From assembly GCF_009914755.1 (NCBI RefSeq), contig NC_060928.1: DNA of 64,000 bases. One strand, 5' to 3'. Below the pieces are notes generated by a model. It made no database searches and was not told where the DNA came from. It saw only the letters and a list, made by a program, of their open reading frames with translations. Position 1 is the stretch's first letter, and every line of letters begins with the position of its first letter. A program made the translations under genes and the position numbers. The stretch is from the human T2T-CHM13v2.0 reference genome, Homo sapiens. Below are positions 1 through 15,160 of this stretch, piece after piece.

Positions 1-600
1 TGGCCCTTTTATCATTGTAAAATATCTTTCTTTGTTTCAGATAATAGTCTTTGTCCTGATGTCTTCTTTATCTGTTGTTAGCATAGTCCCCTCAGCTTTT
101 TGATGATTAGTGTTAGGTTGTATCTTTTTTTTTTTGAGTCTTTATATTTAATAAACTTTATTATATGTAGATACCATATAAATTGAATCTTGATTTTTTT
201 CCAACCTGGTAATCTCTACCATTTAATTGAAATATTTAAACCATTTACATTTAAGTTGATTATCAATAGCTGGGTTTAAGTCAACTCTGTTACTATTTTT
301 ATTCTACCTATCCCATCTTTTCTTCCTTCTTGTTTTATTGTGGATAAATTGAATATTTTTTAGGATTTTTTTATCTCAACTATTGGCTTGTTAGTTTTAT
401 CATTTTAGTTGTTTCTCTATAACTTACAATATGCATCATTAAGTTATCATAGTCTTCTTTCAAATAATGTTACACTTTATATGTAATGAAAGAATCTTAC
501 AATTCCTCTACCTCATCCTTTATTTTACTGTTGAGATTTTAATTTGATGTTATGAATTCTACAATAAGTGATTACTTTTTTTGCTTTAGACAGATAATTA
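1..600 (-). mobile_element. Old L1 (L1M-type) fragment, ORF2 5' region
   Basis: T-rich degenerate sequence whose reverse complement resembles the start of the L1 endonuclease region. Confidence 0.55.
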
Positions 601-805
601 TTAATGATTTCCACTTTTGGAATGGATTTTCATAGCAAACCTCCAGCTATTACCAGAAAAATTCTTCATAAATAATACCTATAAATTATGAAGAAAGTAA
701 TTTTAAAAACAATTACCTCAAGGCACTGAAGAGTGAAGAAAAACAAGCAGGAACAAGAAGGAAGTCGACTGGAAGAAGGGAAGGGCACTGGATAAATTTC
801 CCATT

Positions 806-1089
806 TTAGGGGGTTTGTTTTTTTGGTATTTTTGGCGATTTAAGGGGTGCACGTGCTTGTTTGTTACATGGATATTAATGCATAATGGTGGGGGTTGGGC
901 TTCTAGTGTACCCATCACCCAAATATTGGACATTACATCTAGTAAGTAGTTTTTTCACCCATTATTCCCCTCCCACTCCCACTTTGGAGTCCCCAGGGTC
1001 TATTTTCTCCATCTTTAACTCCACATGTACCATTTGTTTAGCTTCCACTTATAAGTGAGAGCATGCAATATTTGATTTTCTGCTTCTGT
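806..1089 (-). mobile_element. L1 3' end fragment (old L1PA/L1PB-like)
   Basis: ttgttacatgg...cccatcaccc...gcttccacttataagtgaga is typical of an antisense L1 3' UTR. Confidence 0.75.
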
Positions 1090-1099
1090 ACTACATTTT

Positions 1100-3170
1100 T
1101 TATTGTTTTTAGCTTGAGGGACAGCCCAGTCTTCACTAAACAGAACTTTCAAAACTCTGACGAAAAACCCCCAGTCATATTGGCCTGAGGAAGCAGACTA
1201 TGTAAATCACAATAATCAACAGCTACTGGAAATTGATGGCAGAAATCCCAGAGAAATTAGAGTTAATAATGGGAACCCCAGAATTCAAATTCTGGTATAA
1301 ACTTTACCAAATCTCTGGCTAACACCTGAGCCATGCATGTCTTAGACAGATCCCAAACAGCCCAGTGACGACTAGGAAAATTAAATGAAAACTAAGCTGC
1401 CATCCACCAGAGGGAAAACACAAATTGAAGTCTAAGTTCAGCCAAGTAAACTGCCTGAAAAAAAACTAAATACTTTCCAGAAGAGTATAACAAAATCCAG
1501 AGTTTCTACAACACATTATTTACAATGTTTAGAATACAGCCTAAAATTACTCAGCATACAAAAAAAATAAATAAATGATGAATTCTTAAGAGAAAGTGCA
1601 ATTAGAGAAAACTAATCATAGTTTCCCAAAAGTTGGAATTAGCAGAGGTTTTAAAGCAGTTTTATAAGTATGCACAAAGATGTAAAGGAAAATATGTTCA
1701 TACTGAATTAAAACAGAATATCTCAGCAAAGAAACAGAAACTATAAAAAACACATGGAAATTCTGTCGTTAGAAAATACAATATCTGAAACAAGAAATTC
1801 ATTGGTGCATATTAATAGTACAATGTAGATAATAGAAGAATCAGCATACTTAAAGATAAATAAATAGAAATCACACAATCTAAATTGCAGAGAGAACAAA
1901 GATTGAAAAAGCTTTAACATAGTTTCAGGGATCTGTGGTATGCAATAAGTTTATTGTCTATGTATTTGGAATCCCAGAAAGAGATAAGAGAAAGAATGGG
2001 ATGAAAAAAATATATATAAGTGAATAATGCCTGAAAAAGCTCACCAAAACCTAAGCAGCATTAATACAAAGAAAACCACACTGAGACGTATTTTTTCTCT
2101 TAATATTTTTTAATACATATGATGGTTTAAAGCAAAAATTATAGTATTGTATTATGGGTTTTATAATGTGATATGTAAGACATAATACAACTGTAATACG
2201 AAAATGAAGGAGGAGTATTTAGACCTCTACTGCTAAAAACCTTTTATATTTTATAAGAACTAGTACAGTAACAATTCTAACTAGACTGAAAGGATAAGGA
2301 TGTATCATAAAATCCCTAGAAAACCTACTAAAAAATAATGAAAAGATGTATAGCTAATAAGCCAATAGGTAAATTTAAATAAAACTCTAAAAAATATTTT
2401 AATTATTTTTTATTCAAAAAGAAGACAGAAAAGATGGAACAGAGAAACACACACACAAAAAGAGGATATTCTGTGGTCATAGAGTTGAAGTAAGAAAAAA
2501 ATAAGAAAATACTTGTTTAAAGGAGGATAAAAAGAAGTCAAATAAAATGGTAAGTGTAAATCCAGTCATATCAATAGTGACATTAAAAGTTAATGCACTA
2601 AACATTCCAGTTAAAAAGCAAATATTTTCAGAATGGATCTTTAAAAAGCAAGGTCTAACTATATGCTATCTACAAGAAACTTAAATACAAAGACATAGAT
2701 AAGATTGAAAGCAAAGGGATAGAAAATAAACTGGGCGCGGTGGCTCACGCTTGTAATCCTAACACTTTGGGAGGCCAAGGCGGGCAGATCACTTGAGGTC
2801 AAGAGTTCGAAACCAGGCTGGCCAACATGATGAAACCCCATCTCTATTAAAAATACAAAAAATAGCCAGGCGTGGTGACACATGCCTGTAATCCCAGCTA
2901 CTCAGGAAGCTGAGGCAGGAAAATTGCTTAAACCTAGGAGGTGGAAGTTGCAGTGTGCCGAGATGGTGCCACTGTACTCCAGCCTAGGCGACAGAGCAAG
3001 ACTCTGACTCAAAAAAAAAAAAAAAAAAAAGAAAATATACATATCATGCAAAGGGTAAGTATAAAGAGCCTGGAATATCAATATCAGCTAAAGTAGACTC
3101 AAAACAAAAAGTATCAATAGAGATATAAAAGATCATTTCATAATGATAAAATGGTTAGTTCATCAGAAAG
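1100..3170 (+). mobile_element. Old L1M fragments (ORF1 / inter-ORF / ORF2 start), interrupted by an Alu
   Basis: A-rich degenerate L1-like sequence, e.g. aatgcactaaacattccagttaaaaagca...ctatatgctatctacaagaaac. Confidence 0.65.
2731..3030 (+). mobile_element. Alu (AluS)
   Basis: Full dimer, poly-A tail, agaaaata target-site duplication (TSD). Confidence 0.97.
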
Positions 3171-3175
3171 CAGAG

Positions 3176-3485
3176 GGCCGGGCATGGTGTCTCACGCCTG
3201 TAATCCCAGCACTTTGGGAAGCTGGGCAGGTGGATCACCTGAGGTCGGGGGTTCAAGACCAGCCTGACCAACATGGAGAAACCCTGTCTCTATTAAAAGT
3301 ACAAAATTAGCCAGGTGTGGTGGCACATGCCTGTAATCCCAGCTACTCAGGAGGCTGAGGCAGGAGAATTGCTTGAACTCTGGAGGTGGAGGTTGCGGTG
3401 AGCCAAGATCACTCCATTGCACTCCAGCCTAGGCAACAAGAGTGAAACTCTGTCTAGAAAAAATAAAATAAAAAATAAATAAAAA
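3176..3485 (+). mobile_element. Alu (AluSq/Sp-like)
   Basis: Full dimer, TSD aaagcagag. Confidence 0.97.
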
Positions 3486-4529
3486 GCAGAGAGTCACTGC
3501 CCAGGAAATGTATCCACAAGTCGCTGTGAGCCTTTCTAGGGTCCTGCTTCAGTCAAGAGCAGAAAAATATTAAACATCAACCCAAGGGGCAAGGAAAATA
3601 AAATTAGTAAGCTGTTACTTTTATACCAAATAGTAAATTATGCACAAAATTCTGATCCCCACAACACAAAGAAAGAGCCCTAGAGGCAGATTAGTTCAAT
3701 AACAGTGAATGGGATGGTTCACGTTGTAGTCTCTGAGGTTAAACTTTTTTAAGTGAGACTGTTTTGTTTTAGTGACAAAGGGTGAAGGGGATACAATCAA
3801 AGTTATTATCATTTTAAATGGAATGGACAGCTTGAACATGGACTCATTAATCACACCCAGAACACCAGAGAACCAATTGAAATTGGAAAGAGTTTTTAAT
3901 AGAGCAAAAGAAGGGAGAAAGCTAACATGGAAATTCTTACTTTCAAAAAATAAAACAGGCTAGGGGAAAAATGTGTGGGGGATTGGTAATTTCAATACAA
4001 TATTATGTAAGCTGAGATTTAATTTAATGAAATGTACCTGCTGTTGTATCCAGAACAGTACTATATATGAGAGAAGTGTTTAAAATATGGACCTTCTCTT
4101 CAAGATATATAATCTCTCTAAGAGAAGTGTGCATTCATGGACAACCATTCAAAGTAAGCTGCTAAGACAACAGAGAGTTGCACTGGAGGCGTACATAATT
4201 CTACCCTTTGAAACTTTCTTGGTGGCATTGTTAAAGATGAAAGTCTAATGAGTAGACTATGTTTGGCCCTATGATTGTGTTCCTCATGTTACCATATTCT
4301 CAGTGAAAACTATAAAGAATGTAAACTCTAATTTTCTGTTTCCCTATGACTCCACATTTCATTAGTGGAAAAAATAGCCTATATAGGAAAACAGGAAACA
4401 TTAGCAAAAATGCAACTTAATATTTTAAGGACATACATAGCCCTAAAGGGACATGCAGCAGAGCACAAAGTTGTATGTACTGGAAAGCCAGCACAGTAGC
4501 ATTGGTTTGAGAAGGCAGTTAGCTTAATG

Positions 4530-5010
4530 ATGAAGAAGAATATGGATCCTGGAGTCAGGCTACCAGGGTTTGGAGCTTGGCTTTGGCATAGAAAAGTTGT
4601 TTAGCTTTGATAACTCTCAGATTCATCATCTACACAATGAGGATAAATGTAGTATCAACCTTACAGACCGGTCATGCAGATTAAATCATATAATCCATGT
4701 AAAGTCCACAAAATGCCAGGCACATGACAAACACTCCTTAAAATGCTGGCTATTGCTAATAACAGCTCTGTAGGGCTAAGTGGTATAACATAAAGAGAAA
4801 AGAGCCCCAGCTTTTCCATTAGTAGCTGGGTGAGTTTGTGGAGTCCCTTATCTCTAGGATAGAAGCATTGTTTTGCATGCTTGTAGAAAGAGAATAATTA
4901 ATAATATTTGCCTCACAGTGAAAATGTTACCGGGAAAGAGAATAAGAACATGTAGGCAAAAAATACTTTGTAATAAGTAAAGTGTTAAACATATATGGGT
5001 TATTATTGCA
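4530..5010 (+). mobile_element. MIR fragments
   Basis: ctggagtcag...ctcagattcatcatctacacaatgaggataa resembles the MIR core. Confidence 0.6.
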
Positions 5011-5244
5011 CTTAACAATTCCCTTATTCTCCTTTAAAGAGATTTGGCTGCCTACATTTTTGACTGCTGTGTTTGCAAATATATTCTCAGCACTTGGAAC
5101 AATGATTGACACATTGTAGTACTCAATAAATATTGTTGAATGAATATATGACTATCACAGTTCTGTAATTCTGAAGTTCATTTTGTTAGGCCTTTTATCT
5201 TCCTGAAATTAGTGTAGATGAAGAAGCTGAAGAGAATTGTCACC

Positions 5245-5815
5245 TGTACTGCATTAGTGTTCTATTGCTGTGCAACAAAATTACCACCAACATAGTGGCT
5301 CTAAACAACACCATGGTAGGTGTGAAGTCTGGCACAGTATTTAAAGTCTCCCAGGGTGAAATGAAGGTGTTGGCTGGGCCTGCATTTTCCTCTGGAAGCT
5401 CCTTCCAAGCTCATTCCAAGTTCAAGTTGTTGGCATATTTTAGTTCATTATGACTGAGTGTAGAACTCATGTTCCCACGTCCTTACTGGTTATCAACCTA
5501 CTGCTCTCAACTCCTATAGGCTACCCATATCCCTTCGGATGGGGCCCCCTCTATAAGCAGTTCATAATAGAGAGGCAGCAGAATTTCCCTCACATCAAAT
5601 CCCTCTCATGCTTCCAATCTCTCTGACTTCTTCTGCTCATTAGCTAGAGAAAAACTCTCTATGTTTAAAGGACAATTGGATAATCTTCCTTTAGATACAT
5701 AATCAAGGGAGTGATATCTCACCCTATGCAGAGGTTCCACCCACGCTTAAAGGGAAGGGAATTATACAAGAACAAATATCACTGGGGTCATTCTTAGAAT
5801 TCCGCCTGCCACATA
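5245..5815. mobile_element. MLT1-type (ERVL-MaLR) solo LTR
   Basis: ctattgctgtgcaacaaaattaccaccaacatagtggctctaaacaac...tctggaagctc motifs. Confidence 0.65.
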
Positions 5816-7731
5816 CACTATATTGTAGCAACAAAGAAAGTCATAATACATTGGTGAGATTTTTTAAAGCTGGTAATAGAACATGTGTCCAAGATGGTCC
5901 TTTATTTTGTTAATTGATGTGTTTAAATATGCAAGAGGAAGGTCTGGCAGGCTATAGACACCAGCCAGTTGTTATCCCTGTGGAGTGAGAATAAGTCTCT
6001 CACAATTAAGTACACACTCTCCTTACAATTAAAAGTAATAATAAGAGGGAAAAGTGCTCCTTTCACTTTATGTTTTTCATCTTCCTAAAATGTAAATTCT
6101 AAATACATCTTTCTCCTCCATTTTAATTTGGCTCACAAATAATGCAACAGAATCAAGTGAAATAATTTCTTCCCCTTTAAAGCATCTTTCTCCAAGAGTT
6201 TAGCAGATATTTCCTTGTTAATCATCCTGAGTTCTCACACCATGCTTCCCTAGATTCTTCCCTTAAGGTTCAAAAGGCACTGTTTTGCTGGTCCCAGCGA
6301 CAACAAAAACTTCTCAGCTCTGCAAACCTTACTCTTCCACACTATGGCCTCAACACCATTATTTTTATTAAGTAGGATAGATCTTGTCTACTTTTTTGTG
6401 CCCAAGGAAGGAAAATAAAAACTCAGAAAACTCTTCAGTTTAAAGAAAACTACTGTGCTGTACCCCAGCATAACTGCGCAAAGCATGTTTGCAGCAGTAG
6501 ATTGGATTAGCTGTCTATTGTACAATAAATGAGTTAGAAATCCAAGCAGTAAGTGTGCTGACATTTTGTTGTAAAATTCATGTGTCAAGAAGTCTTTGAC
6601 AAGCAGTATTTCCATACTTAAATTGAGCAATGGATTGAAGCCTGAAAAAAAGCAAAGAGAATGTATTCTGCAGTTGTCTTTTAAATTGTGTTACCTATTG
6701 ATAGTTTTCTACCATGGAAAAAGCAATCCTTCCAATATAAAGACATTGCAAACCCAGAAAACAGGCTCTAATTAAATCAGTTATGTTGCATTATATCATG
6801 TAAACAATGAGTGTCTATGGCAATCTTTCCATGGAAAAATTAAGTTAAACATTTATAATTCAAATGTATATAAACGTAGGCTACTTCATACATTGCCTGT
6901 CGTCTACTCAAAACAGCTCTGAACTCTAAATATAATGGATTCACATGTGGAGTACCAAAGAAATTTTATAACGTATTTAAACTTCATTTTGATTTCTACA
7001 TGGTAAGCCTCTCAAATAAGCTAGAAATAATCCAGAATTAGCTGTTTTATGTGCTTCAGTACCAACCCTTACACTATGTACTCTTGTAGTTTCAATAATA
7101 ATTTTCTTATTTGCCTCGGTATCCCGTCTTTACCCACATGAAGTTTGATGGCTTCACGTTTTTTGAAAATACCATAGCAATATAACATATAAATCAAAAG
7201 CAATACTAGCTAAGAAGAGGCAGTCACCTTGAGTAACTTTCCTTAGCTGCCTACTAAGGTTAGGAGTAAGATAGATCTTTTGGTGTGTTAGCAGTGTGTG
7301 ATTTTATTTTTGTCACTATGATACAGATTTTTCATTTAAAAATACATGTTTCTTCTTTACAAAAATATATATAAATCTTTCAAAGCACTGAGCAAACACG
7401 CATTTGATCATACATTGTTATGTGGAAGTACTTTGAAAAGCCAAAGGTGCTGCATAAGCTTTAAAATTATCAATATTCCCAGTGTTTAACTTCTAAAAAT
7501 ACGTTGGGTGGTGAGTGAAGCTGACTTTCCTAGTTTTTTGTTTTAGTTAACTAAAAGATGGGCTTTAGTGTTCTATCTAGTATTACCAGTTGGACATGTC
7601 CAAAATCATTTCCCTAAATACTTAATTTATGGTGAGGGATTAAAGACATGGGTTTCTTTAATTACATAATGTCCCTTTAGGGCATGTAATTAGTAAAAAT
7701 GGAGCAAAAAGATGTTAAGACAGAGCCAAGG

Positions 7732-8029
<298 letters not shown>

Positions 8030-8179
8030 GACAGAGCTAAAGAAAAAGAATACAGCAAACAACAGAAAGAACCCATATGTTTGATCCTCAGAGTTCCATT
8101 TTTAACGTCAAATAAAACTTTAAATAATAACTATCAAGTTTTTTAAACAGCACAAAATCTGGATAATGGAGATATGATT

Positions 8180-8620
8180 GAATTAGTTAAGACAATGCTA
8201 GCTACTTTCCAAGATAAAATCTTAAGCCTCAGTGCATTATTGCAAAGGATGCTTATTTCTCATTTAAAGTTCAGGGAGGAATGAAGAAGAGGAACCCAAC
8301 ACAGTCATTCAGGGACCCAGGTTGATGAAGGCTCTGCAGTCTTCAACAACGGACTGCCAAAGTTACCCTCAGAGTCAACATCCAGCCAGCAGATGGAGCA
8401 AGGGAAGAGGGGTACATCACAAAGTGTTCACGGATCAGGTCCTAGGCCTTCTGAAGTGACATTGTGCTATCCACTTCTATCCACATTCTGTTGGCTTGAA
8501 CTCAGGACTATAGTAGTATAAATCTAAAGGCAAAGGAGGCTGGAAAATGTGATCTAGTTATGTGCCAAAGAGGAAAGGAACCTGGCTTAGGAAACTGCTA
8601 GCCAGTTTCAGCCAAACTAC
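8180..8620. mobile_element. Old MLT1-type LTR
   Basis: cattcagggacccagg...cacttctatccacattctgttggc...aaaggaggctggaaaatgt motifs. Confidence 0.55.
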
Positions 8621-10134
8621 ACATGCCCTCTTAACCTTCCATTCAAAAAAAGAAAAGAAACAACAGCGACACCAAAGAAATGTTCTCTTCTAGTAGGACA
8701 ATTTAGTCTGACTTTTCCAGAACTTCCATTTCTCCAAGCCATTCAAACCCTGTTCTTACTATTATATTGGACGGTATGTCCATTCACATGACATTAGATA
8801 AAAGAAGAATCATAAAATATGGAAATAAAAGGCAGACCAGAAACTTATGCAATTTAATGCTCAGAAGTTTGTGGGCCAACTTGATTTGCTAATCTACAGT
8901 CTGTGCTTCTGGAGAGGAAAAGAAGGGGGAGTTCACAATCCACAAACCAATTTGTGTTGTTTCTGCAACACTGCAAAAGTGCGACTCATGAATATGCTAA
9001 TGAAATAGCAATGAGAGTTTTGGCACTATTTCATCACCTCAACTAGATTAGAGAGTAATAACACTATGGGTTTACACATCTTCAGAAACTGCTGTGGTAG
9101 TAGAAAAAAATGAATCTGTGATATTTATAATGCGACAAAAATTACAACCATGCTACAATAAAATAATGATAATTATTTTATATGTAAGTAATAGTTTGCA
9201 GCACACACACACATACATGCAATAGTTCACTATTAAGGTCTTTCACTGCTTTCCATGTTTTTGTTTTTTTGGTGTTAATGTGAGTCTATATTTGTGAATG
9301 GGCTCACAACTCTGTGCCTCCTTCCACAGATAGAAAACAAATTTTAAAAAATGAAAATACTGGGGGAAAAATTTACCGGCAAGGCAGAAATCTTCTTTAG
9401 AAGCACTTAGCATGTTTCTTTGATCACTAAGATATCACCTTAGGGTTCTGAGAACTGAGGACTCAGGAAGATATAGTCTTACCTGTATCACCCAATTACT
9501 AATTCAGTCGTCAAGTTATGTCCCTGGACTCTGAGTCTGTCCCATGAATTCAAGCCTATTTAAGAGTTCATGCGTGCACTGTTTGAAGGGAGTAGGCTCT
9601 TCAACAGGTAGGAAACTGCATAGAGGCCAAAAGATTAAAGATTAACTGAAAAAGTCTTTAACAGCTTCATTAAGCAGGCCCAAGCCACAGTGAGGAGTCT
9701 GATCATTTTTTCCAAATGGCGTCCAGAGTGCCTAATGTGATGCCTCAGCTGCGCCAGTCCTCCTGTAATTCAAAAACTGCTCTGCCTCCCACTTGCAAGC
9801 ACTTCTCACTAGGAGTTATATAAGGCATAAGAACATATGGGGAATAATAATCCATAGGTTCAAGGATTTAGAATCCTCTCTGATCCCTAAGGGATGAGGA
9901 TGCTGTTGGTTACATAAACTGAGAGAAGGCTGCCGATTTTCTCACTATGTTTTACAAGCACCTTATAAGAAAAGATACTAGGGTTTCTTTTACATTTGTT
10001 TAATCAACAGAGAAGAAATATTTCTTCAGATAAGTGAGTAATAATAACCTTATGTTTTTTTTTAAAAGCCCCTAATGCTTTTTATAAACATCTCAAGTAA
10101 TATGAGGCTAGGCACCCACTCACTTAGTATGTTA

Positions 10135-10240
10135 AATATTAATTATATATTAAATTAATATATTAATATTAATTATATATTAAATTAATATATTAATATT
10201 AATTATATATTAAATTAATATATTAATATTAATTATATAT
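10135..10240. repeat. 30-bp AT-only minisatellite (AATTATATATTAAATTAATATATTAATATT, about 3.5 copies)
   Basis: Three perfect units at 10141-10230. Confidence 0.95.
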
Positions 10241-11684
10241 AACAATATTAATATGTTAATATTAATAATGTATAATAACACATATTAACTAATAATTAAA
10301 ATTAATTTACAATAATTAAATAATTAATTTAAAATAAGTATTAATAATAATAATCTTATTTTTAAGCCCCTGAATGCTTTTCATAAACATTAGCTCAAGT
10401 AATGTGAGGCTAGGCACCCACTCACTTAGTATGTTAAATATCCAAATATGGTGAAATGATAAGGCTATTTATATAGATCTCCTATTTTTCTGATGTGTCC
10501 ATTCAGTTTGTAAGTTTCAATATAACAAAAAATATTTTTACCAACTCCAGTGACACTTTCAGAGTATCCCTTACCCAGAATGCCTTCATTTTGAGGGTGA
10601 TTAGGCACAGTTAAACTGAGAAGATTTTGCTCATAAAGAAGTTTGTTGAGATCTAGAAAAGTAAATAATTCATTCTGTTTATAAATAGCACTGTATATGT
10701 TCTGACTTGTACCTTCTACATACTTACATTTGTGAGTGCACATATGTGTATATGTGAGTAGATGGATAGATGATAGATAGATAGATAAACATAATCATAG
10801 GAGAGAAATGAAACAGTCAAACTGGATATTACCTTTGAGTTGGTACACATTGTGAGTTTTGTGCTTACTTTGATTGCAAACACACACTCAAGTGCCTTAG
10901 GTAATATAGTGTCATAAATAAGCTCTAAGTTGGGATTTAGGAGACTTAACTTCTAGCTGAAAGTCTTTTTTTTTTAATTTGGTAAGGTATGATGCAGTAA
11001 TACCAAAGGTCCCTTCCAGCTCTAAAACTCTGAGTTCTGCCTTTGCTTTGCCAGTTTAGAGCTGGCCTCTGTGATCTTAAACACATCTCTACATTTCTTT
11101 GGATCTCATTTTGTAAAGTTGTAAAACTGTCTTATACGTGTGCAACCTATCTCACAGAGATAATCTATGGATGTAAGTGTTCCTGCTGCATTTGTCAATC
11201 AGAAATATTTGGATTGTAATGAGATTAATTCAGGGAGCATATAATCTAGATGAAGGATATTAGGAAGAGAAAAACAGCACCAAAAAGGATCTTTTATAGA
11301 GATTTATTTTTCTTTGTTCCTTTTTTGTCTCTCTTCAGACCCACTTTATTTGACCAAGACCGTCAGTGGCTTGGTATCAAAAATGACTTCAAGAAATAAA
11401 GACTGAAAATTAAAACTCCAAAAACTGCTGAAGGTAAAATACTAGTGTGGGAAGGAAAAGCAATGCAGAATTCTCAGGTACATAAAAGAGAAGAATTTCT
11501 TTTAATTTGTGTATCTATTAAAAAGTTAAGAACTTTTAGTTCTAGCTGGATCATAAAATAAGTGACATATTTTTACTCTGGCAAAGTAATATTTTCTGAA
11601 AAGCAGAAAGTGTAAATGCTATTTCATGTAATATGACCATTTAGGCTATTCTGTTCTATATTCTGGTTCTTAGACTCTTCTGTT

Positions 11685-11805
11685 AGTAAACCTCTTTGAG
11701 AACCCAATGAAAGCTATGGACTCTCTCTAGAAAAATACACATGCATGCGATTTTGCACATAAATTCAGAACACCACTGGGCTATGAACCACAAGTTAATA
11801 CTCCA
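11685..11805. mobile_element. hAT DNA transposon remnant (MER103-like)
   Basis: cctctttgagaacccaatgaaagctatggactctctc...ttttgcacataaattcag. Confidence 0.45.
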
Positions 11806-13044
11806 GATTTACAATGTTACCACCCTGTTTAGAAAGTACCAGAGCTCCTGGATGAGAAGAGTCTGAATTTGTAGGGTTATTTACATAAATTTGCATACGC
11901 TATTCAATCTGCTCTACCTCTATGTTTACAAGATAAATTATTTAGTCTGACCTACTACAATAGTATTCAAATTCAGTATCAGTGACATGATATACGTAAA
12001 ATCCTTTAGCAGGTTTTTAAGCCAATCAATTTAATCACATCTCACAACCAAGGCATAGCTAGAAACACCCCGGCCAAAATGAAGATCGTTACCCCACCAG
12101 CTTTCATACAGTGAAGGTGGGCACACCCTGGCTTGGCCTTACCACAAAAAATGTCCCAGCCCCTTCCTAATGTCCTCTGCACCCTGTGCAGCTCTAGAAT
12201 GTAATGAAACTGCATTGGTAATTTATTTACTAACCATCAAAGCTATTCTTTCATTACCTTCAGAATGTAATGGTTATTTTATGAAGGCTCATTAAATTTA
12301 ATGAGATACAGCCATGTTTATTGCCATCCCATAAAAGGAGTGGGGGGAGACCCACCTTCAAACTGACTCTTGCTTCTGTGGAGTACCAAAAATAAAATGT
12401 CAGCCCTTACACTGTACTCAGAGCAAGAAACCAGAAGTTGTTCCCAACAGTAGAAGTTGATTAGGATCAAGAATACCATTGTTGTTATGATTACTACAAT
12501 ATAGCATTATTAATAAGAGCAATAGTCTAGTAATCATAACATCAATAATAATAACAGCAACTGATTATTGTCCACTTACTGCATGCCTGGCATTAATTAG
12601 CACATTACATATTCTCTCATTTAATTTAGTTATGCCATTAAATATAAAGCCAGAGGGTGCCACATTTTCATGTGTAATCTGAAGCCTCAGTACAATCTAA
12701 AGACTGTAAGGGAAGTGGCACCTTGTAAGAGCCCTACTGGAAAAGCAAAGGAGTAGACCTAGACCTCTAGGTCCCAAAGTCAAATCGGAAGAAAGCCTAA
12801 GCAGGAAATCCAGCTTCCCTCTTAGGAAAAAGTTCTACCCTGTAATTTTGTAATCAGATGTCTGAGGTGGAACATCTTGCCTTAGAGCTAAGCAGGGGCA
12901 TCCAGTCTGCCAATAGTGACCAAGAGCTGAAAAGTAACTGGCCAAGAATTGCTTATATGGAGTCTGTACACATGGAACTTGGAAATAGGAATTGTTGCCT
13001 CCATGGGTCAGGTTGGAGTTGAAATTTTTAGCTGTCAACAGTGA

Positions 13045-13693
<649 letters not shown>

Positions 13694-14944
13694 CAACAAT
13701 TTTATATGGCAGCTTGTAGAATGGATTCTAGGTTTCTAAGTTTTATCATATTTAGTATATCAGAATTGAATTTTATGTTGAAAACCGTAATTCCAGAATC
13801 TAAATGAGGGGAATATTCATTATATTAATTTTGTCACTCGAAAAGAAAATGCTATGCAGGCCCTGACGTTAAGTTACTTATCAATTGACCTTGCTTGTCT
13901 CCTCCTAAATGTTCTGTCTTTAACCCTGTCCCAAAGGGTGTTCAGCCTCACAGGAACCCAAAGAAGGACAGGCTGTTTTGGAAGGCAGGACAGAGAACAT
14001 CCATTGCCCTCTGAGCCCAGATTCATTCCACTGAAGAATCTTCCACAGTATATAATTAATACTGTGCATCTTGAAAGTAGAAATAGGCTTATGAGAAGAT
14101 TTCCCTGAAATTTGTGGCCTGGAAGAGTCTCAGAAAGTTGCATTTCAGAGGCCAACCAGAAAAATAATCCAGATAAAGAAAGACTCCAGCAGAATATGTA
14201 TTCTTTTTTCTTCAAAAGATTTACTTCAGCCTACACAGAGTAAGCAGGTTAACAACCAGATGAAACAAATAGAAAAAAATGCAGTGCTGAGGTATAGAGT
14301 TGAATAACAAATCCTCCCAGTCACCAGGAAAAAATAACTCTAAAGTAGGATGCTTATCTGACAATGTCTAACAATTCCAAAATTACACCGTAAGTTGTCT
14401 TACCAGGATTTTGTTTGCAAACACCCACAGGAGCTCATAAGATGTCATTACAATCTACTGGTCAATTTACTAGGAGAGAAGTTTATCTCTAGGAATGACA
14501 GAGTCCCATAAGAAACTGTCCCTTAGAGAGTACAAATTGTTTTCTTCAGGAACCAAAAGAAACTGTTTAGTAAGTTACTTTTCCCAAGCACAAATAGGCA
14601 ACCTGTGATCTGTTCTTACATCTCACCTAATCACAAAAAAGAGAACTTCCTAATTGTGGAGATCAGGCACACCATTTACATTCAGTTGTGGTTACTGTCA
14701 TACACACTATGGGACAGTTTTAATTAAACAACACTGATTTATCATCATACTCAATACTTGTTTATTAAAGAGCGGTGTGAGGTAAGCACAAAATGTCATT
14801 GTTCTTAGAACCAGAATAGCTATATACATTTCTTAGGCCCCCTGATTCTATCATGTTAAACTATATAAAAGGCGACAGCTGCAAGTTAAGATAAAAAAGA
14901 GTTTGCAGTTTTAAAACGGTGCATAATATGTTTTATGGGGAAGC

Positions 14945-15160
14945 ATGGTGCAACAGCTTAGAGCCTGAGTTTGCTTCCAGATTAATACCTCTGTTAATCT
15001 CGGTCCCGTCTTTGAGCCTCAATAGCCTCATCTCTAAAATGAGGATCATAATAATAATAACTACTTCATAGGGTTATTGAGAGGATTATATGAGATGATG
15101 AAAAATATGTTACATAGTGGCCTGGTATAAAGTAAGCTCCCAACAGATGACAAATATTAT
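14945..15160 (+). mobile_element. MIR
   Basis: gagcctcaatagcctcatctctaaaatgaggatcataataata core. Confidence 0.7.

Noticed and set aside
1-3170. Inverted similarity between 1-600 and about 2100-3170
   Set aside because: Two independent, highly diverged L1M copies in opposite orientation rather than a true inverted duplication.
10141-10230. 30-bp periodic repeat as a CRISPR-like array
   Set aside because: Head-to-tail units with no spacers, in mammalian DNA.
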